A DNA stretch of 64,000 nucleotides from Phoronis australis (Eukaryota > Animalia > Phoronida): NCBI GenBank assembly GCA_002633005.1, contig NMRA01000210.1, positions 186,001 to 250,000 on the forward strand. The letters run 5' to 3'. A model generated the notes under the pieces. That model searched no databases, was not told the origin of the DNA, and saw only the letters and a program-made list of their open reading frames with translations. The position numbers and the translations under genes are program-made. This document shows positions 12,721 through 24,419 of the stretch, in pieces. Every line of letters starts with the position of its first letter. The stretch's first letter is position 1.

Positions 12721-15700
12721 GTAGTCAGTTAGGTTACGGAAGTTAGGCAGAGGTCGCTACTTGTGTTGATTACTTGAGCGCTATTGAATAGAGAAGTTGA
12801 CAATTTCTGTAGTGATTTAGGTCGGGTTAAATGACTTGTGAATTTTGAAAGAAGAAACAAGCATATAGTTTCGTCTGTGCGTTGACCAGGGGTGCTTAGG
12901 GTCAGTCAGTGGTGAGTCTGTAGCCATGGATTTCGATAAGTGGGTGAGTACGGGTGAGAGGTTAGGTTTGTCGGGCGCAGACTTGATCCTGTGCATTGAC
13001 GAGAGGAGGTGTTTGCGCGTAAGGAGAGGGCGAATGAGATAGAGAGAGCGCGGGAGGCACGTGAGCGAGAGCCGGAGGCACGTAAGCGAGAACAGGAGGC
13101 ATGTGAGCAAGAGCAGGTGCGACAGGAGCAGCAGGAGCACGAGTTGATTGTTATGAAGCTGCAGATTGAGCTAGCAAAGGTAAGAAATGCAGAGATTGAG
13201 GGTGAACCACTTGAGCCTACATGTATATCTAAAACTCCCAAAGGTCCGAGGTTGCCTTATTTTGATGATAGTAGAGATAATATGGACGCTTATTTGAGTA
13301 GGTTTGAGAGGTATGCCAGTAGTAATAAGTGGCGCCATGAAGACTATGCGATGCATCTTGGTAATTTGCTTAGAGGTAAGGCGTTAGACGTACTTTTTAT
13401 ATCACCGGATTCCGACTTGTGATGTAAACGACTACGACAAACTGAAAGGAGCGTTATTGAAGCGTTTCCAGATGAATGAGGAGGGGTTACGGACGTAGGT
13501 TTCATAGTGAGAAAATGGAACGTTGTGAAAATGCATCACAGTACATTGCAAGATTATGCGATCTTTTGATCGTTGGACTGAGTTATCGGGGGTTGAGGCG
13601 TCCTATAGGTCTATTCGTCAGTTTATCGTTAAGGAACAGTTTTAGTTTTCTTCCCCAAGAGAAGTGTCTACATATTTGAGGGAGAGGACCTTTTCTAGTC
13701 TAGATGAGATCGCCAAAGTTGTAGAGAGGTATATGCATGCGTATAAGTCGAGTTTGACGTATCGTGAATCCAAAGAGAGTCAAAAGAAGCGATTGAATAG
13801 GGGCACTGATAGTGAGAATGCATTTCGTGGTGGTATGTCAAACCCTACGTCGACGGTGAAAACAGACGTTCAGAGGTATGTAAAGCCTAAAGGGTGTTGG
13901 TTATGTGGTAAATTGGGTCATAGATCTTTCCAGTGTACTGAGAAAAGAAACGTTTAGGGGGCGTCGTGTGTAATTCCTACTGTTGATGATGCTACCATGA
14001 GTTGTTTAAATATCAGTGATGGTACATTGAATGGTAAGTTTGTTAAGGTGCTACGAGACACGGGAAGCACAGGTATTATTGTGAGACGTAGTGTGGTGGA
14101 TGATGAACAGTTGAATAATAAATGGGATGTGTGTATCATGATTGATACGTCTACTCTTAAAGCTCCTACGGCAGACATACATGTCCATTCTGCATTGTAT
14201 CAAGGTAAAGTGGAAGCTATGTGTATAAATGACCCGGTTTGTGATTTGATTATTGGCAATATACCCGGAGCAGCTGAATGTATGCCAAGACCAGTGGCGC
14301 ATGTGGTGAGTAAGGATATCCAGGGGAATGTTGCAGATGTTGCGGAGGTGATTGATGCCAGAAATACCAGCCAAGTGTTAGTAGATAAGTCGGTGGCGTC
14401 TGCTGATGGCGAGTCACACGTTGCACAGGCGGTTATCACTAGGGCACAAGCAGCAGACGCTGTAAAGACGGTAAGGAAACTTAATATTTCGAATTTACCT
14501 AGTTTCGGTCGCGCAGAAGATTTCAGTAAGGAGCAACAACAGGATTCTACGTTGCAGCATGTTAGAGGCTGTGTTAAGGAAGGTAAAAGACAATTTGGAG
14601 AGAAATCAGCTGATTGTGTAAGGTATGTAGTTAAGGATGGTTTGATATACAGAGTTGTGGGGCAATTTGATGAAGCCATCGATGCGTGTGAGCAGTTGGT
14701 TGTTCCAATTTCTTTCGTGATGTGGTGCTGAAGCTTGCACATGAGTCCATTTTTGCAGGTCATATGGGTATTAAGAAAACTGCGATAGAATTCGTAATGA
14801 TTTCTTTTGGCCTAGCATGTATGATGACACAGCGAGATTTGCAAGTTTTGCGATGTTTGTCAGCGAACTATTCCACAAGGCAAGATTCCCAAGGCTCCGT
14901 TAGATAAAATGCCTGTCATAAGTACTCCGTTTTATAGAGTTGCTGTGGACTTGATTGGTCCGGTGTCTAGTAGAGGTCACAGGTGGATTTTAACTATGGT
15001 GGATATGGCTACTAGCAGGAAGAGATTTTCTTCCTGCTACTAGATATCCGTTAGCTGCGGCATTGGCTAATATAGATACAGCCACAGTGGCTGAGGCTAT
15101 GGTTAATATTTTTGCAGACGTTGGTATTCCCAACGAGGTGTTAAGTGACAAGGGGTCCCAGTTTAATTCTGAGATGACGAAAGAAGTTCAGAGGTTGTTG
15201 TCAATTAGATCATACAATACGCCACCTTATCATGCTCAGTGTAATGGCTTGTGTGAGAGGCATAACGATACTTTAAAACAGATGCTCAAACGTACTGTTG
15301 ACGATAAACCTAAAGAGTGGGACAGATTCATCAAACCTTTGTTGTTCGCTTACAGGGATGTTCCGGTTGATAGTCTCGATGAATTTTCACCATTTGAGTT
15401 AATATACGGCCATACAGTGCGAGGTCCTATGTCGATATTGCATGAACTGTGGACTAATTGTGAGTTGGAAAACAAAAGGAACGACATGGTATGAATATGT
15501 TCTGGATCTTAAAAATAGGTTAGAACAAACGTGTTTAGATGCTGCTGAGATGCTCATGCCGTGAATAATACTATTACACGAAAGTCACGCTTTTCTAAAG
15601 ATATGCGTGACTGTTCTCCGCTCGTCCTTCTGAGCGGCTTTTACCGGGATCAAAGATAGCGCGGCGCNAGTTGGTTGTTCCAACTTTTTTCGTGATGTGG

Positions 15701-16536
15701 TGCTGAAGATGCACATGAGTCCATTTTTGCAGGTCATATGGGTATTACGAAAACTGCGATAGAATTCGTAATGATTTCTTTTGGCCTAGCATGTATGATG
15801 ACACAGCGAGATTTTGCAAGTTTTGCGATGTTTGTCAGCGAACTATTCCACAAGGCAAGATTCCCAAGGCTCCGTTAGATAAAATGCCTGTCATAAGTAC
15901 TCCGTTTTATAGAGTTGCTGTGGACTTGATTGGTCCGGTGTCTAGTAGAGTTCACAGGTGGATTTTAACTATGGTGGATATGGCTACTAGCAGGAAGAGA
16001 TTTTCTTCCTGCTACTAGATATCCATTAGCTGCGGCATTGGCTAATATAGATACAGCCACAGTGGCTGAGGCTATATGGTTAATATTTTTGCAGACGTTG
16101 GTATTCCCAACGAGGTGTTAAGTGACAAGGGGTCCCAGTTTAATTCTGAGATGACGAAAGAAGTTCAGAGGTTGTTGTCAATTAGATCATACAATACGTC
16201 ACCTTATCATGCTCAGTGTAATGGCTTGTGTGAGAGGTATAACGATACTTTAAAACAGATGCTCAAACGTACTGTTGACGATAAACCTAAAGAGTGGGAC
16301 AGATTCATCAAACCTTTGTTGTTCGCTTACAGGGATGTTCCGGTTGATAGTCTCGATGAATTTTCACCATTTGAGTTAATATACGGCCATACCGTGCGAG
16401 GTCCTATGTCGATATTGCATGAACTGTGGACTAATTGTGAGTTGGAAAACAAAAGGAACGACATGGTATGAATATGTTCTGGATCTTAAAAATAGGTTAG
16501 AACAAACGTGTTTAGATGCTGCTGAGATGCTCATGC
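12317..16536 (+). mobile_element. Gmr1-like Ty3/Gypsy LTR retrotransposon (decayed): gag, protease, integrase
   Basis: gag from ATG 12926 has an E/R/Q coiled coil, LPYFDDSRDNMDAYLSRFERYA...LLRGKALDV, a SCAN-like segment and the knuckle CWLCGKLGHRSFQC (~13895-13937). Protease LRDTGSTG at ~14050. Integrase follows directly: AHESIFAGHMG, CDVCQR, VAVDLIGP, LSDKGSQF, YHAQCNGLCER, FSPFELIYG. Many frameshifts. Possible short 5' LTR TGTTAC...GTCA (12317-12498) followed by a TGG PBS-like site. Confidence 0.85.
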
Positions 16537-16644
16537 CGTGAATAATACTATTACACGAAAGTCACGCTTTTCTAAAGATATGCGTGACTGTTCTCCGCTC
16601 GTCCTTCTGAGCGGCTTTTACCGGGATCAAAGATAGCGCGGCGC
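14694..16644. other. Haplotype-overlap duplication across single N (15668)
   Basis: 14694-15667 is repeated at 15669-16644 with few differences. This explains the duplicated integrase ORFs. Confidence 0.8.
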
Positions 16645-16689
16645 CAGAATCGGACTCAGTTGCCCTGACCGCATTGTCCGGTGCGAGCA

Positions 16690-17260
16690 CGTGACAGCGT
16701 TTTCCCGTTCAGTGACTTTACCAGACGAAAAGGGTTCTGAGCGTGTGATGACATTTAGCTTCTTTGTTAACTGCAAAGCACAGTCTTTTGTCTGTTATGA
16801 CAACAGGCTCGCCAGGCTTATTACAGACCACCTGTGAACATCGTCAAACCCAGAGTGAATTGGTACATTCGGAAAGAATAGATTATCGTAACTTCGGTTG
16901 CAGTTGGGCGCTTTTGGCGATTCAAAAACTAAACATGATCACCGTTTGATGAGGATTTCAGAAATGCTATTGGTTTATGTTCAAATATGTTATAACTTAA
17001 CTTTTATTTTTAACAGCACAGCACAGCCAGGCTAGATACGGTCTTATTGAAGATTAGAGCAATTATTGAACAAAAGAGAGCTGGCCCTCCAACCATGAAT
17101 GCCCGGCACAATGGAGTTAATCAGTAGTGTAAGATATTGGCTACAGGGGTAAACTTCCCAACTTGTTGTTGGGCTATAGAATCGAACAGTTGGGAGCAAA
17201 GGGAAAACGCCGTAATGAAGACCCAATTGTGTGTAATTATAACAGACCATAAACTATAGT
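16690..17260 (+). repeat. Unclassified interspersed repeat; inverted copy at ~61060-61630
   Basis: Reverse-complement homology to 61060-61630. The core 16957-17125 is identical to 61195-61363, while the flanks are clearly diverged. Confidence 0.8.
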
Positions 17261-17600
17261 AAACATCTTTGCCTGTAAATACTGGCGAATTTTCAAAATC
17301 CATTAACCAACAGTTTTCGTTAAAAACAAATACCACAGCTGTATTGAGATGGAAAAACAACCAAGACTGGTTTTCGATTTTTAAAAATCGACGAGCGATT
17401 AAGCTAAAAACTACAAACATTGGGTACGATTGAAGCTAATTGACTATGCGTATTGATATATTCGGTGATTTACAAACGCTGATCAGAGTTAACAATATCA
17501 AGTGGATTATTCTTTTAGATACTAATAAGCCACATTGAAACATCTATAAACAACACACACTGACTAAATGAGATGTCAATAAGTTTTAAAACATCGCTTA

Positions 17601-19539
17601 CAGTGGCGGATCTACGGCGGGGTTCTGTCATGCCGTGCCATTCTATTACACTCCACACGTTTGTAACTGATGTATAGTAAAGTTATCTTGCGCAATATTA
17701 TGCAGTGTACATGTACATGTAATATTTTTGAAAAAAATTCTTTTTCCGAAGAATTGCTATTGTGGCGGGCGCCGTGGTCTGGTCGCGAGTCCGTTTGAAG
17801 ATACACTCTAACAAATTTTGTCTATACAAGGAATGACCAAGGGGGCACTCACATTGAGAAAGTGACCGCATTCGCGAAAAGTGTACAGTACCAGAAATTG
17901 CGGGGATGCTGTTCTTTCACAACAAAGTCTTGCGGAACTCGTGCGATGTTCAATAGACCTCCTAAAGAGCCCTAGTTCCGACCTCAACACCTACCGTCTT
18001 TCTACCTGCAATAAGCACACTGCCGTCTTTTATACTGGGAATTTCCGCAGAAAGGCCCACCCGATGAAACGCTCATGCCCATGGGCATTTATTTGATATT
18101 AGTACTTCGGGTTTCAAGCGTTCAGACATTGGGACGTTTATTTCGAAAGTTACAAGAGATGCAAATAGGTCCTAGGATACATCGTGAAGGTTTGAAGTAG
18201 TCCATGATGAACGGATCAAATTTAGTTGCGCATGTAAGTCTTTTGAATGGACTTGGCAACCTCAAGGGTCTTAGTGCCAACTGAGCTGCGAAACGAGATG
18301 CTGACATTGTAGAGGCTTACAAGCTCATTGACACAGCAGTTGACGAAGTGCAAGCGTTGGGAACAAACATCGAAGATATCTGGGTAGAATGGTTCCAAGA
18401 CGAGCAAATCATTGGATCCGATATACAAATTCCTCGGCAGTCTAGACAACAGAAGGATAGGACTAACGTATGAGTAACCACTGGGGATTAAAATTTTAGA
18501 GAGAAGTTTTCAATTCAAAATTTTTTGCATAGTACACTTTAGGTCTCGCGACGGACCAGGCCAGCTTGATTTGTGTAGATGTTGAGTTTCAGTGTACTTC
18601 TGGTCCCTCGGCGAACTAGTCTTGTGATTTTTTTACCAAAGTGTGCTTTGTAAAACTATTTATCTCAGCCAGTACTGTTTGGTCCCGCGACAGATCGACT
18701 ATTTTTATAGGGATAATAAGCACAGGTGTACTCTTGGTCTCGTGACGGACCAGGTCAGCTTTTTGTGTACTCTCAGTGTACATCTGGTCCCTCTGCAAAC
18801 TAGTCCAGTGTATCTTTTCACCACTGTGCACAGGATGTTTTGGTTTCGTGAAACTGTTTTCAGATGATTTGTTTCCTGATAGATTTGACGTTTTTCAATT
18901 GTTGTCAACGTGATTCAGCTTAATAAAGTGATACCTAATTATTTATTGTCGCTTTTAATAATAGACTATGAGTTGAGAGCACCATCGTTCGCCAGTTTTT
19001 CTCGTAACGAGACAGAACACATGTTTATTTCCGGACTAACAGTACAGGTCTTCGTTCTTAAACAACTTGAGGCTGCTGTTACGCGATCATCTGATATTCA
19101 AGTTTTTACGCCCCGTCGGTGCTCCTTAATTATGCTCTTGAATATTTGGAAATTGTCTAAACCCCTGTATACACACCACACTTTTTCGTATACGACTTTT
19201 CGTATGCTAAAAAAGGTGTGTGTAAGCAGATGTTCCAACAAAAATTTTTGCTGGTGGCGTGACTCATACCCAGATGTGCACAATACGGTTTCACGAAAGT
19301 TATGAGCCACGTTCATGTGACGAAATCGAGAGGGGTTTTTAATTATCTTAAGAAAAACTCCAAAGACATGTTAAGTGCCAGAACCTTTCCAGGATGCATG
19401 GAAATTTCACTATTTGGCTACAAAAACAAAAAATATCTTACACGGGAGGGGGGTTTCCCCCCGCTCGGTGCCACGCGCCTAGGATTCGACCTTGGCGGGA
19501 ATCCTAACCCCCCTTGCTGAAAACGTAGATCCGCCACTG
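17601..19539 (+). mobile_element. Internally deleted hAT DNA transposon with THAP12/ZMYM1-type transposase remnants
   Basis: TIRs CAGTGGCGGATCTACG and CGTAGATCCGCCACTG. Degenerate 8-bp flanks atcgctta / caggctta. 18210-18470 translates ...LKGLSAN*AAKRDADIVEAYKLIDTAVDEVQAL...WVEWFQ...IQIPRQSRQQKDRTNV. Confidence 0.75.
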
Positions 19540-20239
19540 CAGGCTTATAGCTCAGTGCATGCCGAACTACTTTATTCTAGTAGTACACTAACCAGTAAAC
19601 TGCTATTCGCGGAAATGCGCCAATTTCAATAGTTAGATTGTAGTTGTTATGGAACACCTGTGAAGACAACTATGATGGCTGGCTTTGTAGTCAACGAGAG
19701 AGTGCAAGTAGATGAGGTTGGTCGGTGGGGAAGAGATAAAGCTAAAGCTAGAATAGTTAGGTAGTTAATGCTACCAAAATTGTCCAGAGGTTCCAAATCT
19801 TCAGTTAGGCTATCACCATATTTGCGCTTTTGTGTATATTTTATGGTCTAAGTTCTAATAAAAATTGAACTTGAACTAATGGCACGTGTAGTTTTGTTTG
19901 CAGTGACATGTTTGATGTAGCTGTAATCTGGAAAATTGAGGGACAGGTTCGCATTTAACTGACTTCTAAGTTGTTTTGATAATTTGTTCAAACACAAAAT
20001 AAAAAGATAGCAACCCTAACCCGTAAAAAACAAGTAGACAGGAGTATACAATTAAAGTAATGAAAACAGGTATGAAACATATTTAAACCAACATTCCTTT
20101 GGGGTGTGGCCCTTTGTCAAGATCAACACATGGGTTTTTTAGTCTTTTTGTTAGGTTTAAAGTATACCAAGTTAAAACTGCTCTCCACATTGCAGGCTTT
20201 AACAAATGACAGAAAAAACAAGACACAACAGCAGGAAAC

Positions 20240-20805
20240 TCACTGCCAGGTGAATATTAATTCAGAGTTGTCAGAGTCGCAGAAAGCTCAACTTAGGGGT
20301 CTATTCTTCGGAATTTTTCCATCGAAGCCTGGTACTACGAACTTGACAGAGCACAAAACTGTTTAAAATGACCAGACTCCTAATCGTTCCAACCCGTATC
20401 TGGTACCGTACTCTATGTATGGTGAAATGAAGAAGAAAATAAATGACATGCTTGAATTAGATGTTATTCAGCCGCCTGAGTCACCGTACAGCAGCCCAAT
20501 ATTACTTGTTAAGAAAAAAGACGGCACGGTTAGATATTGTCAGGACATGCGTAAAGTTAATAAGGTGATACGTTTTGATTGCGAGGGTTTGCCAGACATA
20601 GGTTATATTTATGCAAGCTGTGCAGATGCAACGTATTTCTCCAAGTTGGATTTCTGCAAAGGTTACTGGCAAATACCCATGGAAGCTAGTTCAAAAAGCC
20701 GAGATAACTGCTTTTTGTGCTCCGTTTGGGAATTATCAGTACAAGAAAATGCCGTTTGATCTTGTGAAATCAGGTGCCACGTACGCTAAGATGATGCTAA
20801 GATAA
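20240..20805 (+). mobile_element. Gypsy reverse-transcriptase N-terminal fragment, probably the continuation of the Gmr1-like element
   Basis: PGTTNLTEHK, MLELDVIQPPESPYSSPILLVKKKDGTVRYCQDMRKVN, YFSKLDFCKGYWQIPM, TAFCAPFGNYQYKKMPFDL. Truncated before YxDD. Confidence 0.85.
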
Positions 20806-21713
20806 ACATTAACAATCAGCCCCCCCTCCTGAACCGGGACACTCAGAGGACTCCAACATTCCTAACGAGCGAAAGGCGGAAATCCCTCATTCATCGACAA
20901 AGACCTGGGGCCCGTTCCAAGAAACTGACTTAAGTTCATTTTCGACTTAAGTTTAAGACTTTTCTTAAGTTTTTGACTTAAGTCAAATCCTAAGATTATT
21001 TTGCGTTCCAAGAAACAATCTTAGCTAAGACTGACTTAAGTTTTTGTCCTAACTTTAAGTCAACTCTCACCTTGTCTTAACTCGATCTTAAGTTTGTCAA
21101 AATCGCCGTCTTCCACATTCGTCAGAGAAGAAATGAAAACCTAGGCAGAGTTTATCGAGAGCGTCTTCATTACGACTCGTATTTTGAGCGATACCGGATG
21201 GACAAGGATGCAGTTGACACATTACGCTCTCGAACCAGTAACACGCAGAGGATATCCACTGACAACTGAGCAGCAAGTCTCGCCACTGGAAACTTTCAAA
21301 CGGTCGTAGGCGATAGCCAAGGGGTAACTAAGTCGATTGTTTCAAGAACGATCACAAAGAGTAACAAATGCCATCAACAATTAATTCACCCGACTTGTTG
21401 CTCCCCAACTTGATGGAAAATATCGATCTGTACCAGCTTCCATACCATAAACGTTCAAGTGGTTGCAGATCCCTTTTTAAGGTAAGTATCCCAAGTTATA
21501 TGTCCAACTAGAACGACGGAGTCGTCTTAATAACAGTGTAGGCTACTGTACTACACGACACTATAATGTCAATGAACCATTCAGTCCACAGCGTAATTCT
21601 AAAATGAATTTGTTTGATTGACCTCACGCGCGACCAAGCAGTCTCCGTTATTGTCTTTGGATACAGTGTATTACAGACTTCTTAGTGTCGCACGCGCTGC
21701 CACACCATGGAGT

Positions 21714-21942
21714 ATTAAAGAGGTACTATCCGATATTTCTTGGATGAAAAATTTAAAGGGGCGCTATCCCAAATTTTTGAGTTGAGAAAAAGTGGCGAGT
21801 TCATAGTTCCTCGTGATAACATGTGACATGCAAAGCCTGCTTTTCTGAAGCCCAAAAGGTACCTCCAAATTTAAAAAGGGGGATATGCCGCAAATACATT
21901 ACTTATATCTTGGCATGGAATGTGGGTTGAATGGCACTTTAA
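21714..21942. mobile_element. Kolobok-like terminal fragments inside Harbinger intron 1
   Basis: Two related starts, TTAAAGAGGTACTATCC (21714) and TTAAAGGGGCGCTATCC (21752), and an end ...ggcactTTAA (~21942). Confidence 0.35.
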
Positions 21943-23013
21943 ATGAAAATGTCTCGAATGACATTGCATTTTCATTTTCGATTGTGAAAGTTGGTACTTT
22001 GATGCAAGACTTCACATTTTTAAAATTTTGAAACAAAAGTGTGTGTAGTCCACTTAATGATATTTTATTTACAAATGACAATGGCAAATATGTGTATTTC
22101 CCAGTGATAATCAAATCTATGATTATTTTGCGACATGAATTTTTCAGATTTACAGATATAGTGGCAAAATGGCCAGACTCCACACATGATTCGTTCATGT
22201 GGGCAAATTGTGGCCTTGAGGAAAAATTCTCAAAAGGCTTAATCAGAGATGCGTGGTTACTCGGAGACTCTGGATACCCCCTGAAGCCCTACCTATGACG
22301 CCTTTAGGTATGACTAATGTCAGATTTCAAACCAGACAATTGTTAATTTACGTAGTAAACAATTTTGTATTCCAACATGCTAGCTGATCGAGAGCAAGTC
22401 GTTTAACAATATAACGTGTAACATAAATTTCTTTCACTCACAGGAGACCCACAGACAAGAAATGAAATTAATTACAACAACAGCCATACAAAGACAAGAC
22501 AAGTTGTGGAGCGGGCACTGTCGCGATTCAGGTATGTAATTTTTTTTACTGCATATCCACATAGAACATGGCAGAGTCAAGTGTCATGAAACACTTTCAA
22601 TAGTTCAAATTGACTTACCAAATATTAGATGAAAAACTAACATATACAAAGCTCAACATTCAATATGAAAATTCAAGAATGAAATGTTTTCTGTTGATGG
22701 CTACACAAGTATATTGGTGTCAGTCATATTGACATTACCAAACACATTACATTTGATTTAAAAGCACACTTTGAAGTAACAGACTTAAAAATGTTTGCAA
22801 TATTAATTAAATTAAACTCTGGCAGCCTACAGGTGTTCGGTGTAAACACAGAATAAACACAGTGTGATCATATTTATAAACAAACAGTTCTATTATTACA
22901 TCAGTATTCTTGTGTGTTTAAATCATGAAAACAATATTATTTCCTTACAAATTCTTTTGCAAAACTGTCCATGTTTCCTGTAAAACTTCAGATGCTTGGA
23001 TCGTAGTGGAGGA

Positions 23014-23252
23014 CAGAGGCGGATCTACAGGGGGGGGGTTCAGGGGGTTTAAACCCCCCTCGGGACAGGATCAAAAATAAAAACTGGAATAAAAAATCGC
23101 CAGAAAAACGAAATTAGCTACTAAAAATCCCAAAAAATCTTACACGGGAGGAGGGAAACCCTCTCGCGACCTTCCTTCTCCTCGGCGCTAGGCGCCTCGG
23201 ATTCTCTCGAATCCTAAACCCCCCCCTTACTGAAATCGTAGATCTGCCACTG
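23014..23252 (+). mobile_element. hAT-derived MITE inserted into the last Harbinger transposase exon
   Basis: TIRs CAGAGGCGGATCTAC and GTAGATCTGCCACTG. GAGGA is duplicated on both sides. Removing it restores the reading S-G-G-V-L-Q. Its subterminal region matches 19430-19539. Confidence 0.8.
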
Positions 23253-24123
23253 GAGGAGTTTTACAGTATGCACCAGAGAAGGCATGTCGTATTGTTGTGG
23301 CATCTTTAAAACTACACAACTTCTGCATATACCAGGGTCTTCCAATACCAGACGTAGATGGATTTAATAATGAAGGCCAAGATAACATTGTTGTAAACAA
23401 CGGGCCAAATACAGCCAACGACATCAGATCTGTCTTGATCAGACATGCATTTCGCTAACTGAAACTGGACATGCATGTAACTATTAACGGGGTTTCCGTA
23501 GATAAGCCCCTGGGCGTGTTTTTGGAAAGTGAAAATTTTCAGGTATTTTAGTAACACCAATAAACGCCCGTTCGTTTATTCGGAAAAGGGGGGGTGTGTA
23601 AACGGAAAGTCAATTTTGGCTACGTAAATACCAGCATGATGCGCGATATGTCATATTTTTGTAAGTGAAACAGCCCTTCTGGATGGATTGGTAGTTCTTA
23701 AAAGTACTGTTGATACATTTACTTGTTAACAACGTGAATTGTGTAGCACCTGATGAATTTTTGCAATATCTGCCCAGCGGGACAAGAAAATTAATGATAG
23801 CACCCAAGGACGCTTAGTAGAAAATCTATGAACTTTGGCTTGAATACCCCCACCACGTATTGTGAAAAAATAACACCTTTAAGTGGAGCTCAACACAAAT
23901 TGCTACCAAAGTTATTTTGACGACAGTCTTCATGCATCTAGCTGGCCGGTTACGTCATAACCCGCATTATCACTTACAAGACATTGATAATTTTCATTTT
24001 GTCCGGCGGTCACGTTTAGTCTCCGGCGATTTTGTTTTGTGTTGGAGCGGTTATGTTTTTAGGTGCATCTGTCCCATTTTTTGGTGTGGCGGTCCCATTT
24101 GATCCCGTAGATCCTGTTTATAG

Positions 24124-24324
24124 GTGAGTTGGTCCGATTTGGAGGACCGGCGGTCATGCTTTTTCTCACCCGTGTATCAGTATTGGCTTGAAAGCGGCGG
24201 CGAGAAAGAATATACCTCGAGAGGATATCGCAACCCCCCATCCTACGAGAAATTTCTGGAATACGTATCTTCAGGCATGCGGAAAATCCCGCAAGACATC
24301 ATTATCAGAGCATTCGAATATTGA
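24124..24324 (+). mobile_element. pogo/Tigger-type (DDE_1) transposase C-terminal fragment
   Basis: YQYWLESGGEKEYTSRGYRNPPSYEKFLEYVSSGMRKIPQDIIIRAFEY resembles the pogo C-terminal pattern W...G...YT..G..R.PS......WV..AW..IP...I..AF. A possible TIR-like end lies near 23487. Confidence 0.55.
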
Positions 24325-24419
24325 TGGGCAAATGGTCCCTACCGTATTAGTCAACCCCGGATTCGCGAACACATGGGATACAACGCGGGTATCGAAGAGA
24401 TGGACGGCAAGTCGCGGGA

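Larger units (their letters stand above)
20908..23458 (+). mobile_element. PIF/Harbinger transposon with decayed intron-containing HARBI1-like transposase; right end missing
   Basis: CTG then TIR GGGCCCGTTCCAAGAAACT and CTTAAG-rich subterminal repeats. Exon remnants with GT-AG borders: ATGNFQTVVGDSQGVTKSIVSR; FHTINVQVVAD; FTDIVAKWPDSTHDSF...LLGDSGYPLKPYL; YNNSHTKTRQVVERA; CLDRSGGVLQYAPEKACRIVVASLKLHNFC. Stop at ~23456-23458. Confidence 0.85.

Noticed and set aside
14200-14763. 187-aa minus-strand ORF
   Set aside because: Antisense shadow of the Gypsy pol frame, with no recognisable domain.
15063-16471. Tandem duplication of integrase as a novel element architecture
   Set aside because: The duplication boundary is the single N at 15668 and includes non-Gypsy flank. 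Most likely an assembly artefact.
19645-19908. Solo LTR (TGTTA...TGACA with AATAAA)
   Set aside because: No matching TSD (tagt versus tgtt) and no second copy in the window.
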